Assembly (NCBI GenBank): GCA_963771045.1
Contig: CAVYRW010000004.1
Span: 64,001-128,000, forward strand
Direction: 5' to 3'
From: Waddliaceae bacterium
GTDB lineage: Bacteria; Chlamydiota; Chlamydiia; Chlamydiales; SLFE01
Length of the DNA stretch: 64,000 bases
Made by a program: the position numbers and the translations under genes. The notes below the pieces were generated by a model. The model was not told where the DNA came from and searched no databases. It was given only the letters and a program-made list of their open reading frames with translations. Every line of letters starts with the position of its first letter. Within the stretch, counting starts at the first letter, position 1. Shown here piece by piece: positions 50,183 through 59,060 of the stretch.

Positions 50183-52315
50183 TTACCAGAATCTTTGGTT
50201 GTAGATGGTTTTGTAGAGGCGGCGGCCGGTGGGTCCGCGATAGCCGACATCGCGGAGCCAGGCCGACATCGAATAATTCCATCGCTTGCGGCAGCTGTAG
50301 GTGTAGAAGAAATCAAGAGGCATGCTGATGCCTATTCCCTTGTCGAAGTAGGTCTCGCCATTGACCATGTCGTGGCCGTTTGTCCTGGTATACCAGCCGA
50401 AGAGTTCCAAACCGTTGGAGAAATAGCGGGTGCACTCGTAGCGGATGCCTACGTCGCGGGCAAGGAAGCGGCCGATGCTCATCTTAAAGTTCGTCTGCCA
50501 GTCGCGAAGATCGTAGTAGAGGTCGACGAAGTATTGCAGGCCGGTGAAAGGAACATAGGTGGGCACAAAACCGTCGAACTTGCGAATGGTATTTGTAAAG
50601 CCGAGTCCTGTAGTCGTCCGTTTTTTCAGGAGCGCGGCTTCAAAGCCGACGGCAAAGCAGCTGTTTACAGGATAGTAGAGCACTTCGGCAGCGGCGCCAA
50701 CGTAGTTTTGGGCAAAGTAACCAAGCGACAGCTGTCCAAACCAGCCGTGGGATAAGTTGACGCTTTTTTGCAGATACAGCTGGTCGAAAGTGATTCCTTT
50801 TTGTTGAAAATAACAGACGATGTCTGTGTGGACATTGATGAGCTGCGAGGGGTTTAACCTGTCGATTCCGATCATGTTTTCCAGTTTGGTGATGCCGATC
50901 CATCCCACTTGGAACTGATAAAAAATATCATAAGGGAGATAGCCGCAAGCTCCGGCGCTAAGGCCGAGGGCGTACTTGAATTTTCCCGTTGTGCTGCCGA
51001 AAAAGGTGTGAACTTTTGGCAGCAGTGTGAAACAAAAGAGGGACCTTTCCTGTTTAAACAGCTGCTGCGTTGCGCATGCGGCCGGTGTTTGCACTTCCCG
51101 CTCAGGGCTGATCAGGTCAAGTTCCGAGTCTCCGATGCAGCGGTTTGCATACATTTTGAGAAAACAGCTGTGATAATGATATTCCTGAATGGGAAATCCC
51201 TCGGCCTCGAGAACGACGACGAATTTGTCGATGTTTGAGGGAGCGAGGTTTCCGAGGATATGGTTGATGCGGCATCTTACCTGACTTTCAAAAAGATAAC
51301 GGCAGTTATAGATGTTTAATCGGAGGACTCTTCGGCAGCACTCATCCATCGTCAGATAGGCTCCCAATAGCTCAAATCCTTGCTCTCTTAAGGCGTAAAC
51401 GAAGTCTTGCACCACAACTTCTTCCGGCCTCAGCCAGCCGATGCTTTGCGTATTTTTCGGGGCGATATATGGCAGGGGATTGTCGATTTTAGGAAGCAAC
51501 CCTTGAGTCTTTCCAAAATTATAGTAGGTCGAGAGTGCAAATGAATACTCTTCTCCGCGGACATAACTGGCCATAAGGTCGAACGTATTCCATAAACGGT
51601 ATTTGAATCCGTAGTTGACTTTGGATTTTTGGCTTCTGCCGTCAGGGTGGGGCTCTCTTTCGGGATTTTTATAGTCGATCGCGTCATATTCGATTGTCAG
51701 CGACAGGTTTCGGAAAGGCGAGCACCACGACCTGCCGAAAGGATACCAGAGCAGTCCCCCGAACCACTGTTTGATGCGGCCGCTGCCGTAGCCGACGCTG
51801 ATTTCCGCGTTGAATTCGGGAAGGACCTGGGTAGCGACGATATATTGCGATTCAAATCCCTTGGTTCCCAGAAAATCGTCCCATCCAATAGAAATTCCGG
51901 GAAGAATATAATCGGAGTCTTCGGGGCGTATCAGGGCCAGTTTTAGATTGGCTCCTTTGTCGGAAAATTCTCCAAAGCCCATATGGCCGAAAACAGGGTC
52001 TAAAATGCCGCAAAATACGCGGTAGTTAGCAGTGACCTCGAGATTTTCATAGATCTGCGATCTAACATTCCAGTTTCTGTACGGAGGGACTTTGGAAAAA
52101 CCCAGTCCGATTTCCCCATCTTCGCCCATCAACGCGGAGGGCATGTTGATATACCCTCCCTGAAGAGTGTTATTGTAAGTTGTGGGATAGCGGTATTCTA
52201 GCTGCCGGTTGACCCAGTCGACGATCATCAGGTCCCGCATGAGTTCTTCATTGGCCGGAAGATAGGCGCAGCCAACAAACAGGAAAATAAGTAGTAATGA
52301 TTGGACCAGCTTCAT
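50183..52315 (-). CDS. YjbH domain outer-membrane lipoprotein
   Basis: Lipobox FVGC, GYINMPSA, DFLGT, EYD, FDKG. Confidence 0.8.
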   Translation of the reverse strand: MKLVQSLLLIFLFVGCAYLPANEELMRDLMIVDWVNRQLEYRYPTTYNNTLQGGYINMPSALMGEDGEIGLGFSKVPPYRNWNVRSQIYENLEVTANYRVFCGILDPVFGHMGFGEFSDKGANLKLALIRPEDSDYILPGISIGWDDFLGTKGFESQYIVATQVLPEFNAEISVGYGSGRIKQWFGGLLWYPFGRSWCSPFRNLSLTIEYDAIDYKNPEREPHPDGRSQKSKVNYGFKYRLWNTFDLMASYVRGEEYSFALSTYYNFGKTQGLLPKIDNPLPYIAPKNTQSIGWLRPEEVVVQDFVYALREQGFELLGAYLTMDECCRRVLRLNIYNCRYLFESQVRCRINHILGNLAPSNIDKFVVVLEAEGFPIQEYHYHSCFLKMYANRCIGDSELDLISPEREVQTPAACATQQLFKQERSLFCFTLLPKVHTFFGSTTGKFKYALGLSAGACGYLPYDIFYQFQVGWIGITKLENMIGIDRLNPSQLINVHTDIVCYFQQKGITFDQLYLQKSVNLSHGWFGQLSLGYFAQNYVGAAAEVLYYPVNSCFAVGFEAALLKKRTTTGLGFTNTIRKFDGFVPTYVPFTGLQYFVDLYYDLRDWQTNFKMSIGRFLARDVGIRYECTRYFSNGLELFGWYTRTNGHDMVNGETYFDKGIGISMPLDFFYTYSCRKRWNYSMSAWLRDVGYRGPTGRRLYKTIYNQRFW

Positions 52316-52436
52316 GAGAACTCTAAAAATAACTCATCAAGCATAACAAACTAATTTCAGAATGCCTACTGAAAAAGGTAAGCATTCAGCCATTGCCGTG
52401 AATTTATTATTTGAAAAATTTCAACGCGGAGGCGCT

Positions 52437-52548
52437 CAAAACAAATTAACGATGAAAACGATTTAACGATAGGAACGATAAAAGAAAAAGATTGAGATCT
52501 TGATTGATTATCCTTTATATCGTTACATCGTTCTTATCGTTTGTTTTG
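52437..52548. repeat. Inverted array of AACGAT units with 8-9 nt period
   Basis: AACGAT at 52448, 52457, 52465, 52474; ATCGTT at 52519, 52527, 52536; closed by CAAAACAAA / TTTGTTTTG. Confidence 0.75.
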
Positions 52549-52658
52549 TCTGGCCCGCTTTTCTCATAGATACTCCTGACATTTTGACATCCTTTAGGCG
52601 TTGTTGCATAAATCACCACTGAGACCACCGAGCTCACTGAGAGATTATGAGAGAGGAA

Positions 52659-53066
52659 TTAAATGATTAGACGCCTAATCCCATTTTTTAGAAGTTTTAC
52701 ATTGAAATTGATGAGCAAACCTCTGCCACCACCATTATGCTTAAGATAGGATAGAAGTTGGGCCTCATGAACAGGCAAGAGATTGGCCACAGATTTTATC
52801 TCCAAAATAACCTTATCTTCCACTATCATATCGATCCGGTAGCCTGAGTCTAGCTTTTTATCACGATAAATAATAGGTACTGGTATCTGCCGGTTAACTT
52901 TCAAACCCGCAAGGTTCAACTCGTAGCAAAGACAAGTTTCGTATGTCGATTCAAGCAAGCCTGGACCTAATCTTCGATGAACTTCAATCGCAGCACCTAT
53001 GATTTCCCCTGTTAAAAGGTCATTTCTTTTTTGGTTGGCTTCTTCAGTTGTGTGGGTACTAGTCAT
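52659..53066 (-). CDS. GxxExxY protein (PD-(D/E)XK-like)
   Basis: LGPGLLESTYETCL, YRIDMIVE, LEIKS, AQLLSYL, GLLINF. Confidence 0.93.
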   Translation of the reverse strand: MTSTHTTEEANQKRNDLLTGEIIGAAIEVHRRLGPGLLESTYETCLCYELNLAGLKVNRQIPVPIIYRDKKLDSGYRIDMIVEDKVILEIKSVANLLPVHEAQLLSYLKHNGGGRGLLINFNVKLLKNGIRRLII

Positions 53067-53150
53067 CTTTTCTCCAAAAAGGGCGAATGCGAGCTTGCCG
53101 ACAAATACCTAATACTCTAATTTTTAGTTGCAACAAATTGGAGGATCAAG

Positions 53151-54094
53151 ATGAAGGCAAAATATCGCATTCGCAACTGGAACGACTATAACAAATCTCT
53201 TATTCAAAGGGGAAGCATAACTGTTTGGTTTTCTGAAGATGCTATCAATAAGTGGATGGCTCCAAAAGAAATAGGAAAAAAGGGGCGTCCAAAACTCTAT
53301 TCTGATGACGCTATTCTCACCGCGCTCATTATTCGATCGGTTTTTCATCTTCCATTGAGAGCACTCGAAGGATTTTTGACATCTCTTGTTATGATTTTAT
53401 CTGTTGGTTTATCGATTCCTTCTTATACTCAAATTTGTCGGAGAGCTAAGTTGTTGGGGCAAGAGTTGAAGAAACTTTCGAAAAAAAAGTCACCAATATT
53501 GTAATCGATTCAACCGGTTTGAAAGTGTACGGAGAGGGTGAATGGAAAGTTAGGCAGCATGGAATCAGTAAAAGGCGAACATGGAGAAAGCTCCATCTGG
53601 CAGTCTGCCCTGACTCTCACGAAATTATTTTCGAAATTCTTACTGAAAATAACGTTGCAGATTGTGAAGTGTATCCAAAACTTCTCGAGGTAATGCCGAA
53701 ATCAGTTAAGCGCACATATGGAGATGGGGCTTATGATACTAAGCGATGCTATGCTGCAAATGTAGTTCACGGCTCAATTCCTATTATTCCACCCAATAGG
53801 AATGCTGTTTTTCGAGAAAACATATCTCCTTCTTGGAAGATGCGGAATATCAGTTTGCTGGAAATTTCAGGTTTAGGAGGTGATGATGATGCAAGAAAAT
53901 TATGGAAAAAGTTGAAAGGTTATCATCGTCGATCACTTGCAGAAACAGCCATGTTTAGATTTAAACGATTCTTTGGAAATGATTTAAGAAGTAGAACTCT
54001 GGAAACCCAAAGGGCTGAATCAAGGGCAAAATGTGAAGCACTAAATATAATGACAAAGCTGGGAATGCCTGAAAGTGAATTAATAGCAGCTTAA
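53151..54094 (+). CDS. IS903-group transposase (frameshift at the A8 run near 53481)
   Basis: YRIRNWNDYNKSL, IDSTGLKVYGEGEW, RRTWRKLHL, DGAYD, YHRRSLAET. Confidence 0.92.
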
Positions 54095-54297
54095 ATCAAA
54101 TCTCTCATATTCTCTCTGTGCGCTCTTGTGAGCTCTGTGGTTAATTACGCAACAAAGCCGGGACGACTACTTAGTTCGAGCAATATACTCCCAAATAATA
54201 ATATTCTATTTTAATTAATTATTTTATAATACTTAAACTATTGACAAAATAACTATTTTTGTAATATGCTAATATAATTGTAAAATTAGGAGTAATT

Positions 54298-55383
54298 ATG
54301 ATAAGAGATATAAACCAATCATATGCTATTACGAAGGACTTAGAGGCGCTTTCCAGAAAAGATACTGATTTGATTATCAAAGACTCAAAATCTTTTTGGG
54401 CTATATTTTGCAAAGCCTACAGCGATTTGCCTAATACAGATAAGGGGGATTCGGCACGTTTTACAGCAACTATTTTAGATAACAAACTCACTATAAAAGG
54501 GAATAAAAGTTCAATCGAAGCTATCAAGAAAGTTATAGAGTTCATAAGGAAAAGTTTTGAAAGAGATTATAAGGATAAGCAAGAGTCAACATTTATTCTA
54601 ATTCCTGATTATGGTAACTACTTCTATCGTCGACCATCTCGTGACCCGATTCATTTAGATGATCAATATAAACATTATTATCCTGATTCTATTACAAAGC
54701 AGTTGTTTGACCAGTCTATTAGTCCTTGTATGAAAGATTTTTCTCGATCCCTCGGGGCTATTTGTACTCGGAAAGTGACAATACAATTGATTGATCGTAT
54801 GAACAATTGGGATTCTTTTGGAGCAAAAGAGAGAGTTCATGCTTTTAAATTTGATTGGTCTCAAGGCTTAAATCTTGTTTTTCCTATTACCCCTTTACTC
54901 ATAAATAAAGAAAATCCCCTCTATTCACTCTATCAAAAACAAAAGAAATGCGACTTGACATTGTCTGCTAAAGGCGGAGAAACCGTAAAAGTTCACAGTC
55001 TTGTTCTTTATGCTAGTGCCGGAAAAGTTATGAGGGCTTTGCTTGACGCCCAAATGAAAGAATCAATCGAGAAGGTATTCGAATTGAAGGAATTTACACT
55101 AAGCACGGTAAAAGCTTTTGCCGAGTTTTGCTACCTGGGAACCGAGGGTATTTCACAAAAATCAATATGGAATAATGAAATTGACTTAATCGAACTGTTC
55201 AAAATGGCACATTTGTTTCAATATAAAGACCTTATTGACCACTGCACCAACATGATTGCCTTATTTTCTTCCAGACTAGAACTTGAAGATATCAAATATC
55301 TGTCGGAGAAATATGATAACGAACATTTAAAGCAGCTTCATGACCACCTAGCCAAAAAAAACGAAGAAAAAAAGGATGAGTAA
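54298..55383 (+). CDS. BTB/POZ domain protein (eukaryote-like)
   Basis: C-terminal CDLTL..VHSLVL..MKES..F.EFCYLG pattern. Confidence 0.8.
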   Translation: MIRDINQSYAITKDLEALSRKDTDLIIKDSKSFWAIFCKAYSDLPNTDKGDSARFTATILDNKLTIKGNKSSIEAIKKVIEFIRKSFERDYKDKQESTFILIPDYGNYFYRRPSRDPIHLDDQYKHYYPDSITKQLFDQSISPCMKDFSRSLGAICTRKVTIQLIDRMNNWDSFGAKERVHAFKFDWSQGLNLVFPITPLLINKENPLYSLYQKQKKCDLTLSAKGGETVKVHSLVLYASAGKVMRALLDAQMKESIEKVFELKEFTLSTVKAFAEFCYLGTEGISQKSIWNNEIDLIELFKMAHLFQYKDLIDHCTNMIALFSSRLELEDIKYLSEKYDNEHLKQLHDHLAKKNEEKKDE

Positions 55384-55456
55384 GAGAACTAACCCGGATA
55401 CCTCACCGCAACCGGTGAGCAATCAGGGTCTTAGAGTTATCTCACCGAATACTTAC

Positions 55457-55622
55457 GAGCCACTTGCTTTAGCTCCGACAAAACCGATTTTTTGAGCTAT
55501 TTTGCCGAGATTTGCCAGTTGGCGCAAATTCACATACTCTTTAGAGTAGGGAATTTGCGCCAACTGGCAAAGGTCGGTGAAAGAGCCAAAAAGCGGTCTG
55601 TCGGAGCTAAAGCAAGTGGCTC
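55457..55622. repeat. 166-bp palindromic MITE-like element
   Basis: GAGCCACTTGCTTTAGCTCCGACA terminal IR; inner TTTGCCAGTTGGCGCAAATTC IR; TTAC direct repeat on both flanks. Confidence 0.85.
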
Positions 55623-55632
55623 TTACCTGAAA

Positions 55633-57015
55633 TTATTCTAAGACTTCGGCGGCGTAGCTTCGAAGGCCGTCTCGGATGATTTCGACCATTTCCATTTTGG
55701 AGGGGCAGACAAATGCGGCGGGGCCGAAATCTTCGGGAGCCACCTCGAGAAGGCCGTACTGTTCGGCAAGATCGTAGTCCTCGGCCATCACCGATTTGAC
55801 AAGGTGCATCGTGGGAATATTCATCGGCATGACATTGTCATAGGGCTTTGCGATGATAAACGCGCGGTGTTCGCCGTGAAGGCTGGTTGTGAAGTCGTAC
55901 TCGCGGTTTGTATTGTCGAGATGTCCCGAAAGGTAGGTTTTGCTTGCGGTATATTTGTCGATTCCCAGTCGGAAAAAGTGGAGAAATTCGCGGGAAACGC
56001 TGACAGGAATGGCGCAAAACTCAAAATCATAAAAGCCCAGGAAATCGTTAGTTTCGACTTTTGTTCCCGTATAAATATTTCCTGAAACAAACCGCATGCG
56101 CCCTTTATGCACTCTTCCTGCGATAAGATTTTCCACAGGAGAGCCTGTTCTCACTTTAAAATAGCCTGTTTTCTCCGGCAAAATTCCCGGTCCGGCGATG
56201 CTGACGACCCGCTCGTTTAGATACTTCCCTGTACGCAAGAGGTGCCCGATGCAAACGGCGTCGTAGGCGGTGAGTGTCCAGACGACATCTTCGAAATGGG
56301 TGATCGGAGAAATAAAATGAATGTGTACGGAAGAATTGCCGATGGGATGAGGGCCTTCGGTTGTGTGTTTTTCGACATCTTGGGCATCAGTGAAAGCCTT
56401 GCAGTTCGATTCAGAGGGGTATACCAGATGAACCGGTCCTTCCGTGAGTTTTGAGAGAGCGGAAAGTCCGGTTTGGAAATCCTCTTCATGCCCCGCAACG
56501 TGCATTTCAGCAGGGGGAGCAAAAGGGGTTGAGGCCGATGCGTTCACAAAGATGCACCGCGGAGTTTTGGCGGTGTCGGCAGTGATATCGAAAGGGCGCT
56601 GGCGGATATGGGGAAAAAGCCCTCCCTCCTTCAATCTCAAAAGAATTTGATCGCGGTTTGCAGAATCGACGTCAAGGGGATTGAATTCGTGGATTTCCTC
56701 GTGTTCGGAAACTTCTATGACAATATCGAGAAGGCGTCTTTTTAAGCCCCGGCGGACTTCCTTGATAACTCCTGCGGCAGGTGAAACGAAAAGGCGTCCT
56801 TCGCATCCCTTGTCTTCAATAATCGGCTCTCCGATTTTGACAACTTCGCCCGCTTTTCTCAGCAGGCGGGGTTTGGATTCATAAAAAGGATTGAAATTTA
56901 GAGAAACGAGCCTTGGTTTGACGCCGTGCCCGTTCGCTTCAAGCCGCTCTGCAGGCCCTTCAGGTTTTCCGATAATGGGAATGTCGAGCCCTTTTTTAGT
57001 CTTAATCTCTGCCAT
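55633..57015 (-). CDS. nqrA: Na(+)-translocating NADH-quinone reductase subunit A
   Basis: KKGLDIP, VSPAAG, RQRPF, GPHPIG, FVCPSKME; ATG at 57015. Confidence 0.95.
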   Translation of the reverse strand: MAEIKTKKGLDIPIIGKPEGPAERLEANGHGVKPRLVSLNFNPFYESKPRLLRKAGEVVKIGEPIIEDKGCEGRLFVSPAAGVIKEVRRGLKRRLLDIVIEVSEHEEIHEFNPLDVDSANRDQILLRLKEGGLFPHIRQRPFDITADTAKTPRCIFVNASASTPFAPPAEMHVAGHEEDFQTGLSALSKLTEGPVHLVYPSESNCKAFTDAQDVEKHTTEGPHPIGNSSVHIHFISPITHFEDVVWTLTAYDAVCIGHLLRTGKYLNERVVSIAGPGILPEKTGYFKVRTGSPVENLIAGRVHKGRMRFVSGNIYTGTKVETNDFLGFYDFEFCAIPVSVSREFLHFFRLGIDKYTASKTYLSGHLDNTNREYDFTTSLHGEHRAFIIAKPYDNVMPMNIPTMHLVKSVMAEDYDLAEQYGLLEVAPEDFGPAAFVCPSKMEMVEIIRDGLRSYAAEVLE

Positions 57016-57061
57016 AGAATCATAAATTACTTGATTCAGGGCATTATAGGCAAGCGGGGTC

Positions 57062-57518
57062 TTAAGGCTTTGCTTCGCCGAAAAGGATGAATTTGATTCC
57101 TGCCGCTGCGACAGCACCTAAGCAATACGCTGGAGCTCCTATAAAAAATCCGATGGCCACACCTGTTAGTATGATCACCTTCACCACGCCTTCTGTTTCG
57201 AGATAGTCATTAAAATTGCGAAGCCAGTGGATGATTGTGTCGGCGAAATAAAAACCGGCAACAGCTCCGATGATCAGTCCGCCCCAAAAGGCTTGAAAAA
57301 ATAGAAGGATGATTCCGATGAACAGGGCGACATAGGCTAGAGTGTCTTTGGTATTGGTTTTGGCAAATGTATAAGCTTTTTGAACATGTTCGTGTTTTTT
57401 TAGCTCTTCAAAGCGTCCGGAAATTTGTTCGTGTAAAGGCTTTTTCTTTTGCTCTTCTTCTTTCCCTGCTTCGATTTGCTTCGTCCGGTTTTTCTTCGGG
57501 TTCTTTTGGTCCGGTCAT
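57062..57518 (-). CDS. Hypothetical membrane protein missed by the ORF track (frameshift near the 5' end)
   Basis: AGGAG SD plus ATG at 57518; open frame ...KDTLAYVALFIGIILLFFQAFWGGLIIG...KFILFGEAKP*. Confidence 0.7.
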
Positions 57519-57751
57519 GAGTTGTCTCCTTTCTTGTTTAATCTAAAAGTATAATAGCATATATTTGAATTTTTCATAGAACCTAAACATAATTTATTGA
57601 ATCTTAATGTTTTTATTTTACACTGGCCGCAGCAGGAGAGGCATTTGCCTTTAATTTTGTTTAACGACTATAATTGCAGTAAATATATATAATAAGGGAC
57701 TTGCAGTCTCAAATAAATACTAATCAACTAATTATTAGGAGTTTGTGAAGT

Positions 57752-59060
57752 ATGCCTAAAAGGTGGCTTATGCTTCTTAGTCTCTGGCATCTCGGGATTG
57801 GCGCTTTTTCTCTTGTTAATCGCGGGAGGAATGACGATGACGCGGCCGGCGTCCATTTCCGTTTCCGAGGCAAAGCCAAAACCCCGTCCTTTGCCAAAGA
57901 GCGCTTTCCGTTCCAAGAAATCGGGCTACGACGCCATCGGGACCACTTTGTTCACACTTAAGTTCGCCCCTCCCAAAATGCAGCTTCCCGATTTGAGAAA
58001 ACTGCTGACTTATTACGGCCCCAACGGGCGGCCGGACGCGAATCTCGACTCAAACGCTGTTCATTTCGGACTGGCTAACAATCAAGAGCAGGGCAGTGTC
58101 TCTCAGAACGAAAAACTCTATCTGCTTTTTGACAGAACCCAGCATCCACCCCGCTATGTGTTCAGTCCTGCCAACAGCCCGACAACTCTTTGGATTGAAT
58201 CGGAGCCCGAAGACAAATCCGCAAATATCTCCGTCTACATGGTCAACGAAGAGGGCGAAATCGTTCAGGAGCCGGCAGGCAGATCCAGATTCACTTTGGC
58301 TCAAAAAGAATTTACAAGATTCAATCGCGGCAAGCCGTGGAATATCGGCTTGAATCGCGTCGACGGCACTCTTTTAGCGCGCCAAAAGGCCAAGTGGTAT
58401 GGTTCGGACAAATTCTTTGAAAGGCACGGCGGCGAGGAATACAGCGACGAGGGTAAAAAACAGCGCATCGATTTTAGTGAAAAAGAGGATACCTATTCTG
58501 TTTTTCTGGAAGAAGGAGATGTTCTTGTCTGGGACGAAACCAGGTGGGTGGAGGCCAATCCCGGCTCTGATACCTTTGGGAAGCCTCTGATGCAATTGAA
58601 AAAAGTCGCCGAACGTCTTTTGACTTTTGAACTCTGGAATCCGGACGGCTCGAATAAGGTGGCATTGAACCTGCTGAAAAACAGCGAACGGTGGCTTCCC
58701 GAAAAGCTCAAACAAAATTTTAAATTTATATCCGCAAGAACCCGTTCCCAATATGTTTTTGAAGTGGACAAAGAAAGGATGACGCTTGTCCCCAAGGATT
58801 GGCTTGTCAAAACGGAAAATGGATGGGACAAACTTGAGACTGTCGATGAAATCGATGCTTATGTTCAAAGAAAGCTTCAAGGCCCTTTGTTTGTCTTTGA
58901 AGGAGTGGAGAAGCAGGGAGACGGCAGGTGCTGATCGGAACTCTTTTCAACGCTTCAAGAACCGATATGAAGCAAGTCGAGCTTGATGTCCCTCAATCCA
59001 CAATTACCGTAATCACTGTGCCCAAAGTTACAGACAGAATGGTGGGCAATGGAAACGAAA
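57752..59060 (+). CDS. Hypothetical protein preceding gspD (frameshifted, end approximate)
   Basis: Main ORF 57798-58934 with an N-terminal TM segment; first gene of the T2SS block. Confidence 0.6.

Larger units (their letters stand above)
52597..54159 (+). mobile_element. IS5 family (IS903 group) element enclosing a GxxExxY passenger gene
   Basis: Ends GGCGTTGTTGCATAAATC and (reverse complement) GGCTTTGTTGCGTAATTA resemble the IS903 IR; inverted similarity extends about 60 bp. Confidence 0.75.

Noticed and set aside
50090..50755. 221-aa plus-strand ORF and similar antisense ORFs (e.g. 30062-30769, 5533-6192, 59444-60049)
   Set aside because: Shadows of well-supported genes on the opposite strand, with no recognisable motifs
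57016..57117. N-terminal extension of nqrA
   Set aside because: Overlaps the upstream membrane gene; NqrA similarity starts at MAEIK
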